Of a DNA stretch of 64,000 nt, positions 19,618 through 29,612 are shown piece after piece. A program made the translations under genes and the position numbers. The notes beneath the pieces were generated by a model. It saw only the letters and a program-made list of their open reading frames with translations. It searched no databases and was not told the origin of the DNA. The first letter of the stretch is position 1, and each line of letters begins with the position of its first letter. Source of the DNA: an uncultured Actinomycetota bacterium (lineage in GTDB: Bacteria; Actinomycetota; UBA4738; HRBIN12); NCBI GenBank assembly GCA_963737525.1, contig CAVTTD010000031.1:4380-68379 (forward strand), read 5' to 3'.

Positions 19618-19640
19618 AGAAGGTCGGGGGTTCGACCCTT
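19618..19640 (+). terminator. Candidate hairpin directly after metF
   Basis: GAAGGTCG (19618-19625) pairs with CGA-C-CCTTC (19632-19640), giving an 8-bp stem with one bulge and a 6-nt loop. It starts 11 nt after the metF stop. There is no U-tract. Confidence 0.3.
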
Positions 19641-19769
19641 CCCGGCGCGTCAGGGTCTTGGGTCCGGCGCGTGGCCTCGCTGAGGGAGTTCACCGGGCGC
19701 TGCTGGCGACCTTCGCGAGTACTGGAACTTCGCCCCCGGGATGCACGATCCCTTCGAGGACTGGGGAAC

Positions 19770-20657
19770 CTAGCCCGACCGGCGGAGGTACTCGGCGACG
19801 GCGCTCATATCGCGGCCGGAGAACCCGTCGGTGAGGGCCCGCTCGACCACCTCGCGGTTGCGCTCGGCCTGGCCCATCGGGGCGCCGACCTCGCGAGCGA
19901 GCGACAGGATCAGGTCGAGGTCCTTCGCCATCAGGTCCAAGCGTGAACGTCAGCGGCGCGTTGTCCGGGTCCTCGAACGCCGGACGCTTGTACAGCACGA
20001 ACGGCGCGGCGGCCGCTCCGGCGGCGAAGACGTCGTAGGCGGCGCTCCGATCGACGCCGGCCTTCTCCGCGAGCACGAGCGCCTCGGAGAGCCCGACGTC
20101 GATCGCGTGGACGAGAGCGTTCACCGCGAGCTTGACCGTCGCGCCGGCGCCGAGCGCGCCGACGTGGAAGACCTTGGCGGCCAACGCATCGAGGACAGGT
20201 CGGGCGCGCTCGAGCGCCGCCGCATCGCCGCCGACCATGATCGTGAGCTCGCCCTTCTCGACGGTGGGCACGCTCCCCGAGACCGGCGCGTCGAGGAACG
20301 CGGCGCCGGTCGCCGCCACTGCTTCGCCGACGCGACGGACGGTCTGCCGGCGCGATCGTGCTCATCTCGAGGACGACCTGGTCGGGGCCGAACGCCGCTC
20401 GCGGCTCCCGTCGTCGCCGAGGTAGGTCGCGAGCACGGCCTCGTCGTCGGCGAGGCTGCTCAGCACGACGTCGGCATCCGCCGACGGCCGCGGCTGCCGT
20501 CGGCGCCGACCGTCGCTCCGTGCGGCTGCCGCGACCGCCTCGGCCGCGCGCCTGCGTGCGGTTCCAGACGACGACGTCGAAGCCCGGCACGGCGGAGCGT
20601 TCCCACCATCGCGCCGGCCATGTTCCCGGCGCCGAGCACGGCGACGCGGGGCGTCAT
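19770..20657 (-). pseudogene. NAD(P)-dependent beta-hydroxyacid dehydrogenase (HIBADH/6PGDH-like), at least 5 frame changes
   Basis: Recognisable blocks are spread over three frames: MTPRVAVLGAGNMAGAM, FDVVVWNRT, ADVVLSSLADDEAV, VVLEMSTIAPA, AFLDAPVSGS, ELTIMVGGD, GAGATVKLAVN and DLMAKDLDLILSLAREVGAPM. They come from ORFs 20460..20885, 19931..20590 and 19690..20319 plus an unlisted frame ending at TAG 19770-19772. The start ATG 20657 overlaps the upstream stop (ATGA). Confidence 0.65.
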
Positions 20658-21355
20658 GTGAGCGACCAGCCTCCGTCGATCCGGAGCTCGGTCCCGTGCA
20701 TCGACGGGTTCTCCAGCAGGAACACCGCCGCGTCGGTGACGTCGCGCATCTCGACCAGCCGGCCGGTGGGCGTCTTCGCCTTCGTCGCCTCGAGCGCCTC
20801 GGTCTTCGGCGCCCAGAACGGGCTGTCGCCGACGATCCCCGGATGGAGGGCGTTCACGCGGATCGGCGGCGAGCTCTGCCGCCATCGTCGCGCACCAACC
20901 CGTCGACGCCGTGGTTGATCGTCGTGATCGTCGTGGAGCCCGGATACGGCCGCAGCTTCGCGAGGCCCCCGTAGAGCAACACCGACGCGTCGGGCGTGAG
21001 CCGGTCGAGCAGCGCGTGGACGACCTCCGTGTAGCCGACGAGCTTCAGGGTGACGAGCCGGATCGCCGCCTCGATGTCGTAGTCCTTGACGGTGTTCAGG
21101 TCGCGATCGAGGGCGGCGAGGGCGAGCCGGTCCACCGAGCCGAGATCGGCGAGCGCCGGCGCGATCGTCGTCGGCTCGGAGAGGTCGAACGCCGAGACCC
21201 TCGACCGAGGCGCCGAGCTCGGCGGCGGCCGCCGCGGCTCGCTCGGCGTCTCGCCCCGTCACCACGACGCGGCGGCCCGCCTCGGCGTAGTGCCGCGCGA
21301 GGTCCCTTCCGAGCCCCTGGGTCCCGCCCACCACGACCACCGTGTGCTCAGCCAT
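20654..21355 (-). CDS. Short-chain dehydrogenase/reductase, three frame changes
   Basis: ATG 21355 is preceded by GAGGAGGGAAGGA. MAEHTVVVVGGTQGLGRDLA and the C-terminal IRVNALHPGIVGDSPFW lie in the frame of ORF 20654..22273. The middle section lies in ORF 20854..21135. Shifts occur at about 21190, about 20895 and about 20863, which restores GLVRTMAAELAPIRVNALHPG. Confidence 0.7.
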   Translation of the reverse strand: MAEHTVVVVGGTQGLGRDLARHYAEAGRRVVVTGRDAERAAAAAAELGASVEGLGVRPLRADDDRAGARRSRLGGPARPRRPRSRPEHRQGLRHRGGDPARHPEARRLHGGRPRAARPAHARRVGVALRGPREAAAVSGLHDDHDDQPRRRRVGARRWRQSSPPIRVNALHPGIVGDSPFWAPKTEALEATKAKTPTGRLVEMRDVTDAAVFLLENPSMHGTELRIDGGWSLT

Positions 21356-22273
21356 CCGTCGTTCCTTCCCTCCTCTGGTCGCTCGGGTCGCGGTCGCCTC
21401 CTTCAGGTACTCCCAGTCCCGGGCGAACCGGTAGGAGTGTCGATGGGGCGGCTGCGGCGCCTGCGTCTCCAGCCACCGCACGATCCCGGGACCCGGGTTC
21501 GTGAACGCGTGGACGCAGCCGACGCCCGCCCACGCGACGTCGCCGGGCACGAGGTGGTATCGCTCGCCGTCGAACTCCGCGTCGACCTCGCCCTCGAGGA
21601 TCAGGTAGGTCTCCTCGTACGGGTGGTCGTGGCGCCCGGCGAGACCACGCGGCTCGTACTGCACCATGAACATCGTGAGGAGCTGGGCGCCGAGGTCGGC
21701 GTCGACCATCATCTTCACGGTGATGCCGCTGTAGACGAGGAGCGCCGTCCGCATGCTCGCCGAGACCGCCAGCATGTCCTGCGTCTGCTTGTCCACCTCC
21801 ATGTTGGCGGGGTCGATGTGCCCGAACGAGCGCGTGCGCGGGTCGCGCACGTCGATCGGGGTGGGCTCGCGGTCGGGCGGTCCCGGGACGGCGTAGGTGT
21901 CACCCTGGACCCGCGACCGTGGCTGCGGCGCCCACATCGCCGCCCATCGCACGGGCGCGTCGGAGACGTTGCGGAGCGCGTGCGGCACCCCGACCGGCGT
22001 CACGCCGTAGTCGCCCGGTCGCAGCAGGTTCGCGCCCTCGCCCGTGTCGATCACGAGCTCGCCCTCCAGCACGTAGACGCTGTCCTCGTAGCTGTGGACG
22101 TGCCAGGGGATGCGACCGCCGCCCGCGAGCTCGACGATCGCGAACCCGGTGTGCACGGCGCCCGGCACATCTTCGTCGACCACCGACCAGCGGCGGAGAT
22201 CCCCGGCCCACGATCCGGGCGGAGCGGTGAGCTCGAGCTCGCTTCCGCGCCGGACGAGGTGACGAGAGGTCAT
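21356..22273 (-). CDS. Bicupin protein (two metal-binding cupin barrels), no in-frame stop before the SDR start
   Basis: This is the first roughly 306 codons of ORF 20654..22273. The two cupin cores are PWHVHSYEDSVYVLEGE and GRHDHPYEETYLILEGE, each followed by a P.G..H motif. The reading frame continues without a stop into the SDR gene. Confidence 0.7.
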
Positions 22274-22282
22274 GTGGCCCCC

Positions 22283-23258
22283 TCATCCCAGCGACCGCCG
22301 CACGCCCTCGACGATGCGATCGACCGAGGGGATCGCGGCGTCCTCCAACACGTCGGCCGACGGCAGCGGCAGGTGCGGTGTCGTCACGCGAACGATCGGA
22401 CCGTCGAGGGCATAGAACGACTCGTCGGCCACGATGGACGCGATCTCGGCTCCCCAGCCGCACAGCCGCGGGTTCTCCTCGACCGTCACGAGGTGCCCGG
22501 TCCGCTCCACCGAGTCCGCGATCGCGCGGACGTCGAGCGGAACCAGCGAGCGCACGTCGATCACGTCGGCCGCGACGCCCTCGTCGGCGAGCCGCCCCGC
22601 CGCCTCGAGCGCCTTCGGAACCATCGCGCCGAGCGCGCAGATCGTGACGTCCCCGCCTTCCCGGACGCGTGCGTGCCACCCCGAGCTCGTCCACGATCTC
22701 GCCGTCGGGCACCTCGCCCTTCGACGCGTACAGCACCTTCGGCTCGACGACGATCACCGGGTCGGGGTCGCGCACCGCCGCTGCGAACAGCCCGATCATG
22801 TCGACGGGCGTGGAGGGGACGACGACCTTCAGCCCCGGGATCCCCATCATCCACGTCTCGACGCTCTGCGAGTGCTGCGCGCCGAACCGCACGCCTCCGC
22901 CGTTCGCCGTGCGGATCACGATCGGCAACGCCACCTGGCCGTTCGTCATGTACCGCGCCTTCGCGATCTGATTCGCGACGATGTCCCAGCAGACCGCGAA
23001 GAAGTCGCTGAACATCAGCTCGGCGATCGGCCGGAGCCCGTTCATCGCCGCCCCCATCGCGGCGCCGATGATCGCCTGCTCGCTGATCGGCGTGTCGCGG
23101 ACCCGGTCGGGCCCGAACCGCTCGAGCAGCCCCTCGGTCGTCTTGAAGACGCCGCCCGCGGCGGCGACGTCCTCCCCGAGGAAGTAGACGGAGGGATCGC
23201 GCTCCATCTCCTGCCCGATCGCGCGGGCGACGGCCTCGCGATACGTCAGTTCCGCCAC
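22283..23258 (-). CDS. 2-oxoacid/acetoin dehydrogenase E1 component beta subunit, frameshifted
   Basis: GTG 23258 begins [30 protein letters not shown]...GAQHSQS in the frame of ORF 21900..24257. The C-terminal 113 aa lie in ORF 22283..22624. The junction is at about 22668. Confidence 0.85.
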
Positions 23259-24257
23259 GCGGAGCCTCCGTCGGCCCAGAGCTCGGTCTCGAGCGTGTCC
23301 GGATCGGGGAACGGCGCCTCGCGCGCTTCCTGGGTCGCTCGGTCGACGGCCTCCTGGACCTCGCGGTCGATGCCGTCCAGCGTCTCCTCGTCCGCACCCG
23401 CCGCCAGCAGCCGCTCGCGGTACATCGGGATCGGGTCGCGGCGCAGCCAGTCCGCGACCTCGTCGTCCGGGCGGTACTTGCCGGGGTCGGCCCGCGAGTG
23501 CCCGCCGTGCCGGTAGGTCAGCGCCTCCACCAGGGAGGGGCCCTCGCCCGCGCGAGCCACGCCGACGGTCCGAACCGCCGACGGCGTGGACGGCGTCCGC
23601 GTCGTTCCCGTCGATCAGGATCGGCTCGAGCCCATAGGCGGCGGCACGGTCGGCCGCCGGATGCTCGACGGCGGTCACGTCGCCGATCGCCGTGTACTCC
23701 ATGTAGAGGTTGTTCTCGCAGACGAACACGACCGGCAGCTTCCAGACCGCGGCCAGGTTGAGCGCCTCGTGGAACGTCCCGATGTTCGTCGTCCCGTCGC
23801 CGAAGAAGCACACCGCCACCTGCCCCGTCCCGCGCGCCTGCGCCGCCCACGCCGCGCCCGCCGCGATCGGCATGTGCGCGCCGACGATCGCGTAGGAGCC
23901 CATCGCCCCATGCGAGACGTCCGTGAGGTGCATCGATCCGCCCTTGCCGCCGCAGATCCCGGTCGCACGCCCCAGGAGCTCCGCCATCAGCGCCGCCATC
24001 GGCGCCCCTCGCAGCAGCGTGTGGACGTGGCCTCGGTACGTGCAGAACACCATGTCCTTCGGCTCGAGCGCCGCCGCGAAGCCGGCCGCGACGGCCTCCT
24101 GCCCGATCCCGAGGTGGGAGGTCCCCTTCACGAGTCCCTCGAGGAACAGGTCGCGGGCGCGCGTCTCGAACAGCCGGCCCTCCTGCATCATGCGGTAGAT
24201 CGAGAGCCTGGTGTCGAGGTCCGCGCCTCGAGCCGTGTCCACCATCGCGTCTCCCAT
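23246..24257 (-). CDS. 2-oxoacid/acetoin dehydrogenase E1 component alpha subunit (TPP-binding), frameshifted
   Basis: The N-terminal part lies in ORF 21900..24257 and contains the TPP motif [35 protein letters not shown]. The C-terminal 104 aa lie in ORF 23246..23560 ([18 protein letters not shown]). The junction is at about 23579 (extra G). Confidence 0.85.
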
Positions 24258-24276
24258 CTCTCCTGTCTCGCTCGCC

Positions 24277-25544
24277 TCAGTACTCGTTCGCGACCATGAG
24301 CTCGTCGCACGGGAACAACGTGATCACGCGACACCCGTCGGCGGTGACGATGACCTCCTCCTCGATCCGCGCCGCCGAGCGCCCGTCGGTGGCGGGACAG
24401 TACGTCTCGAGGGCGAAGAGCATGCCCTCCTTGATCTCGAGGGGGTCCACGAACGAGTTCAGCCGCGTGATGATCGGCCGCTCGTGCAGGCTCACGCCGA
24501 CCCCGTGCCCGAACTGCAACCCGAACGCGTCCATCTCGTCTGAGAAGCCGAACTCCTCGGCCTTCGGCCACACCGCGGCGATCTGGTCGGTGGAGACACC
24601 GGGCTTCACCAGATCGATCGCGGCGTCCATCCACTCGCGCGAGCGCTGGAACGCGTCGCGCTGCGCCTGCGTCGCCCGGCCGACGACGAACGTCCGGTAG
24701 TAGCAGGTCCGGTAGCCGTTGAAGACGTGGATGATGTCGAAGTACGCCTGGTCGCCCGGCCGGATCAGGCGGTCGGAGAAGACGTGCGGGTGCGGGCTGC
24801 ACCGCTCGCCGGCGATCGAGTTGATCGCCTCGACGAACTCGGAGCCCATCTCGAAGAGCCGGGCGTGCGCGAGCGCGACGATGTCGCTCTCGCGGACGCC
24901 CGGCTTCAGCGCCTCGAAGATGTCCTGGTAGACGCCGTCGACCATCGCGCACGCCTGGGTCAGGAGCATGAGCTCGTCGGGGCTCTTGATCTCGCGCGCG
25001 TCGGCCATCACCTGCTGCCCGTCGCGGACCTCGATCCCCGCCTTCATCAGCTCGAGGAAGATCGACGTCTCGGCGACGTCGACGCCGAGCGGCATGTCGC
25101 CGACGCCTTCCTCGGCCATGATCGAGCGGATCTCCTGCACCGCGCGCGCCTGCAGACCGACGCGCGGATGGATCGCGCCCTGCAGCCCCGTGTTTCCGCC
25201 GACCGAGTTCGTCTCGTCGTACAGGTGGGGGAGCTGCAGGCGGTGGGCCTTGGCCGCCGAGCCGAAGTCGAAGATCCGCGGCCGGCCGGTTCGCGTGAGC
25301 AGCGCGTAGCGCTCGCCCTTGTTGAACGCCCAGTAGCCGATCTGCGTGGCCGGTGACGTAGCGGATGTTGCTCGTGTCGAACAGCAGGAGGGCGCCGAGC
25401 TCGGACGCCTCGAGCGCTTCCTTGGCGCGAGTCCAGGCGGTAGGTGCGCAGCCGCTCGAAGTCGACGCGGACCTCCCAGTCGACGCCGGCGATGCCGGGC
25501 GCGGGGGTCGTCGCGACCGGGAATCCGTCCGTCGTCATCGTCAT
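24277..25544 (-). CDS. M24-family hydrolase (creatinase / Xaa-Pro peptidase / ectoine-hydrolase-like), two 1-nt insertions
   Basis: ORF 24277..25140 and its open upstream frame give the pita-bread domain (FGHGVGVSLHERP, ALETY, IEEEVIVT). The N-terminal MTMTTDGFPV...RLRTYRL lies in the frame of ORF 25047..25667. Shifts occur at about 25431 and about 25352. The RBS GAGGAGATGAGGGGA precedes ATG 25544. Confidence 0.8.
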
Positions 25545-25563
25545 TCCCCTCATCTCCTCTTCA

Positions 25564-26964
25564 TCAGATGCTCGGCAGCTTGAAGCCGGACTTGGAAACG
25601 ACGAAGTCCCGGGACTCGGCGGCCATGCGCCGCACCGCCGGCCAGTCCACGTGCAGGAGCTCGCCATGCCGTTTCATCACCCGACCGCCGATCACGACGG
25701 TGTCCACGTTGCCGGTATCCATCCCGGCGACCACCGCGGTCGCGGGGTCGTTCAACGGCGTCACGTTCATCCGGTCGGTCCGCAGCAGGATGACGTCCGC
25801 CTTCTTGCCCGGCGTGAGCGACCCGACCTTCGCGATCGAGCCCGTTCGCGCGGGCTCCCTCGATCGTGGCGCAGGAGAGGACGTCGGCCGGAGTGAGAGG
25901 CCTCCTTGCCCTCGGCGGCGGCGAGCCGCCGCTGCAGCGCCGAGCACGGAGCGCATCTGGTTGAACATGTCGGCCGGCACGTTCGTCTCGACGTCGACGC
26001 TCAGGCTCGGGCGGAGGCCACGGTCGAGGAACTTCTGGATCGGGGGCATCCCGTGACCCATCATCATCTCGACCGGCGAGGCCAGGGAGACGGTGCCGCC
26101 CGTGTCGACGATCATCTGGATCTCGGTGTCGTTCAGCGTGGTGCAGTGGATGTAGGTCGTGTCCGGACCGAGCAGCCCCGCCTCGCCCATCTCCTGGACC
26201 TTCGCGTCCTGTCCGTAGCTCCCGACGCCGACGTGCGTCGTGATCCGGGCGTCCGCCTCGCGGGCGAGCTTCCAGTGGTCTCGCGACACCTCGAAGTCGG
26301 TGAACTCGGGCCCCGGCGCCGCCAGGGACAGCGTCAGCATCTGGTCTTTCGTGGAGAAGTGCTCCGTCGCCGCGCGGACGAACCAGCTGGGCTGGCGCTC
26401 CTCCCACTTCCCCCACCAGGGGAACCCGTAGGCGAAGACGGCGCGGAGGCCGGAGTCCTTCAACGCCTGGATCACCGCGTCGGTGTGTGCGGGCGAGCCC
26501 TGGATGTGGGACCAGTCGAGGAGCGTCGTCACGCCGGCGTCGATCGCGCCCAACGCCGAGATCAGGTCGCCGATGTACGCATCCTCCGGTCGGAAGGCGG
26601 GTGCCAGCTTGTGCAGGACGAACGAGATGTAGCTGGACCGTCCCTCCAGGGGGACGTCGGTCCCGATGTTCCGGAGGAGCCCCTCCCAGATGTGACGGTG
26701 GGAGTCGACGAACCCGGGCATCACGATCATCCCCGATGCGTCGATCATCTCGACCTCGCCGTTGGCCAGCCCGGGCCCGACGGCGAGGATCGTGTCTCCC
26801 TCGATCAGCACGTCTCCCGTGGTGAAGTCGCCGACCGCGGGGTCCAGGCTGAGGACGGTCCCGCCCTGGATCAGGGTCCTCCCGGTCGGCGCCACGCCGA
26901 AGTCGGTTCCGGCGGGATAGAAGGCGGGCAGGCTGGCGACCTTCGGCGGGCGACTCCCGATCAC
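25564..26964 (-). CDS. Metal-dependent amidohydrolase (deaminase/chlorohydrolase-like superfamily) no. 1, three clustered +1 shifts
   Basis: This is the C-terminal 467 codons of ORF 25564..28194. Motifs are PGFVDSHRHIWEG (HxH metal site), HVGVG and GSLTPGKKADV. Reading VLGALQRRLAAAEGKEA-LTPADVLSCATIEGARANGLD-AKVGSL requires three +1 shifts between about 25830 and 25950. Start is inferred at GTG 26964, in a GTGA context. Confidence 0.75.
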   Translation of the reverse strand: MIGSRPPKVASLPAFYPAGTDFGVAPTGRTLIQGGTVLSLDPAVGDFTTGDVLIEGDTILAVGPGLANGEVEMIDASGMIVMPGFVDSHRHIWEGLLRNIGTDVPLEGRSSYISFVLHKLAPAFRPEDAYIGDLISALGAIDAGVTTLLDWSHIQGSPAHTDAVIQALKDSGLRAVFAYGFPWWGKWEERQPSWFVRAATEHFSTKDQMLTLSLAAPGPEFTDFEVSRDHWKLAREADARITTHVGVGSYGQDAKVQEMGEAGLLGPDTTYIHCTTLNDTEIQMIVDTGGTVSLASPVEMMMGHGMPPIQKFLDRGLRPSLSVDVETNVPADMFNQMRSVLGAAAAARRRRGQGGLSLRPTSSPAPRSREPARTGSIAKVGSLTPGKKADVILLRTDRMNVTPLNDPATAVVAGMDTGNVDTVVIGGRVMKRHGELLHVDWPAVRRMAAESRDFVVSKSGFKLPSI

Positions 26965-28020
26965 CAAACGCCTGGCTCGCTTGTAGTTCCTCTTGACCAG
27001 CTCCTTGATGTCGCCGAGCTGGAACAGCACGATCCCGATCAGGACCAGGATGCCGATGATCATCGGTCCGTCGTTCGGTGACAGACCGAGGTACGGCAAC
27101 ACGGTGAGGATCAGCGCGAGGAGGATCGCCGCCACCGTCCCACCGATGAATGTGGTTCTGCCGCCTGCGAGGGACGCGCCCCCGAGGACGGCCGCGGTGA
27201 TGCTGTTCAGTGCGAACGTGGAGCCGACCGATGCGTTCCCGATCGGGGATCGGGCCATGACGAAGAACGAGGCCACGGCCGCCAGGACGGCCGACAGGAG
27301 GAGGGCCCGGACCCGGAGCCAGTTGGTGCTCACGCCGCCGCGCTTCGCCGACCGCTCGTCGAAGCCGACCGCTCGCAGCGAGAGTCCCGACCCGGAAGCG
27401 TGGAGCCAGACATCGGCGAGAACCGCTCCAACGACGATGACGATGAACGCCACGGGGATGGGTCCGATGCTCGTGGTGAGCATCGAGACGAAGTCGGGAC
27501 TGATGATCCCCTGAGCCGTTGGCCGCATGGTGAGCGAGATCCCGTCCAGGATGCTCAGCGTGGCGAGGGTGGCGATGATCGAAGGGACCTTGAGCCCTCG
27601 AACCAGGCCGGCGTTCACGAGGCCGACGGCCACGCCGAAGAGCAGGATGACACCGATCCCGATCAGTCGCTCGGAGGGGGAGGCCTCGGCGCCGATCAGG
27701 AACGAGGCCGTGACCACCCCGAGGCTGATCATGCCGCCGACCGAGAGGTCGAGGTACCCAACGAGGAGTGCATGGTTCTGCGCCATGGCTGCAACGATCA
27801 GAGGGAGCGCGAGGATGAGGATCTGCTTGACGTTGGTGGGGTTGACGAAGCCGGGGAACCGAGAGTTCGTGTACCAGAGCAGGATCGCGACCAGCAGGAT
27901 CTGCAGCACCACCGGCATCCAGAGGCGGAACCGGGCGATCTTGCGCCACTTGTTCTTGTCGCGAGCGTCGCGGAGGACCTTCCGGACGGCGCGTCGGGCA
28001 GCCTCGGTCCGCTCGCTCAT
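26961..28020 (-). CDS. ABC transporter permease (RbsC/BPD_transp_2-like) no. 1, 3' end uncertain
   Basis: ATG 28020 (MSERTEAARR) begins about 350 codons with 8-10 hydrophobic spans. They include LDLSVGGMISLG and a GGASLAGGR block typical of this permease family. In the listed frame it runs without a stop into the amidohydrolase. A TGA at 26961-26963 in the +1 frame would give a GTGA overlap like other junctions in this operon. Confidence 0.75.
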
Positions 28021-29612
28021 GGCCCCCCGTTCGCCGAGCGTGCCTTGGGCATCGCGATCCCGAGGGGCGACCGCCCCGCCTTCGACAGACCGGGTCCTCG
28101 CACCATCGCCTCGACGATGCGCAGCTCGTCCAGCTCGTCGCCGGGGATCTCCTCGATGATCTGGCCTCGTGACATCACGAGCACGCGATCGCACAGACCC
28201 GCGAGCTCGATGGGATCGCTCGACTTCACGAGCAGCGCCGTCCCTCGGTCGGTGCGGGTGCGGAGGGCCTTGTAGATGTCGAATCGGGAGCCGACGTCGA
28301 CGCCCTGCGTCGGCTCGTAGGCGAGGATCACCGACGGCTCCTTGAGGAAGCTCCGCGACACGGAGACCTTCTGCTGGTTCCCACCGGAGAGGAACTCGAC
28401 CGGTTGCTCGAGGGACGGCGTCCTGATCTCCAGCTGGTCAACGAGGTCGGTGACCGCGCGCCGCTCGGCTCGTCTCCTCAGGAACCCGAGCGCAGAGAAT
28501 CGGCGCAACGACTGGATCGTCGCATTCACCCTGACGCCGAGCACGGGCATCAGCGCCTCGCGCTTGCGTTCACCGGGCAGCAGCATCACCCCCGCTCCCA
28601 CCGCCTCGTGGGTCGAGATCAAGGACAGCTCCTTGCCGTCACAGACGACGCGTCCCGCCTTCGGCGGCTGACGGCCCGCCAGGCAGTCGAAGAGCTGCGG
28701 CTGACCGTTGCCCTCCGCGCCGGCGATCCCGACGATCTCGCCGTTCTCGAGCGTGAAGCTGACCGGTCCGAACGACTGGCCCTGGAGCCCATCGACCACG
28801 AGCACCTCGCGCGGATCACCGGCCTGGGGGGCCGGCGGTGGGAAGGCAGCCTCGAAGGGGCGGCCGACGATCAACTCGACGAGCTCCGCTTCCGTCGTGG
28901 TCTTCGCATCGAAGGTGCCTTGGTTCCTGCCGTCGCGAAGGACCGTGATCCGGTCGGCGATCTCGAGCACCTCCGGGAGGCGGTGGCTCACATACACGAC
29001 GCCGACCCCGCGACGCCTGCAGGCGGCGACGGCACGATGCAACGCGGCCACCTCGTCCGGTCCCAGCGCGGTGGTCGGCTCATCGAGCAGCAGCACCTTC
29101 GGGTCGGTGACGAGCGCCTTGGCCACCTCGAAGAGCTGGCGATCGGCAAGGGTGAGGAAGCCCGCCGGCGCATCCGGGAACAACTCCAGGTCGAGGTCGA
29201 ATTCGGCCAGCAGCTTCCTCGCCCACTTCTTCCTCCGCCAGAACGGCGGACGTTGATCCTCGGGCGCCGCCAGGTAGAGGTTGTTCTTCACGGGCTCGGG
29301 CAGGATCAGCGAGGTGTCCTGGTAGGCCATGGCGAGGCCAAGCTTCCTGGCCCGAGCCGGGGAGTCCCGGCGAAGGGGTTCGCCCCCGATCTGGACCGTG
29401 CCCAGATCGGGGTCGACGAACCCGCTGGCGATCCCGAGGAGGGTCGACTTCCCCGAGCCGTTCTCGCCGACGACGGCGTGGACCTCCCCGGCACGGCAGT
29501 CGAAGCTGACATCGGTCAGCGCCCGAACCGCCCCGAACTGCCGGGACACACCGCTCAGCTCGAGGACCCGGTCGCCGGGAGCCGATCCTCCTCCGAGATC
29601 GCTTGCTGCCAT
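28017..29612 (-). CDS. ABC transporter ATP-binding protein with duplicated nucleotide-binding domains (sugar/nucleoside-type)
   Basis: This is the in-frame ATG 29612 (MAASDLGG) portion of ORF 28017..30125. It has Walker A GENGSGKST, Walker B LLLDEPT and, in the second domain, the signature LSGGNQQKV. An ATGA overlap joins it to the downstream permease. Confidence 0.9.
   Translation of the reverse strand: MAASDLGGGSAPGDRVLELSGVSRQFGAVRALTDVSFDCRAGEVHAVVGENGSGKSTLLGIASGFVDPDLGTVQIGGEPLRRDSPARARKLGLAMAYQDTSLILPEPVKNNLYLAAPEDQRPPFWRRKKWARKLLAEFDLDLELFPDAPAGFLTLADRQLFEVAKALVTDPKVLLLDEPTTALGPDEVAALHRAVAACRRRGVGVVYVSHRLPEVLEIADRITVLRDGRNQGTFDAKTTTEAELVELIVGRPFEAAFPPPAPQAGDPREVLVVDGLQGQSFGPVSFTLENGEIVGIAGAEGNGQPQLFDCLAGRQPPKAGRVVCDGKELSLISTHEAVGAGVMLLPGERKREALMPVLGVRVNATIQSLRRFSALGFLRRRAERRAVTDLVDQLEIRTPSLEQPVEFLSGGNQQKVSVSRSFLKEPSVILAYEPTQGVDVGSRFDIYKALRTRTDRGTALLVKSSDPIELAGLCDRVLVMSRGQIIEEIPGDELDELRIVEAMVRGPGLSKAGRSPLGIAMPKARSANGGP

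Noticed and set aside
19608-19660. A tRNA-like 3' fragment right after metF. It reads CTACGGA (a possible Arg-ACG anticodon loop) ... AAGGTC GGGGG TTCGACC CTTCC CGGCGCG, which could mark an integration (att) site at the edge of the long operon.
   Set aside because: There is no 5' half, no complementary acceptor strand upstream and no CCA. The T-stem would need two G-U pairs, and the anticodon stem does not pair. No matching direct repeat was seen at the other end of the operon (33382-33605 or 34224-34280), and no integrase is present. The same bases fold as a simple hairpin after the metF stop, which is the more economical reading. Infernal or tRNAscan, plus comparison with the genome's tRNA-Arg, would settle it.
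21900-24257. The 785-aa ORF read as a fused E1 alpha-beta protein, and the 641-aa plus-strand ORF 21086..23011.
   Set aside because: The long minus-strand ORF is a chimera. It joins the E1 alpha N-terminus, out-of-frame filler, the E1 beta N-terminus and then filler running antisense into the bicupin. The proper C-termini are in ORFs 23246..23560 and 22283..22624. The plus-strand ORF is an antisense shadow.
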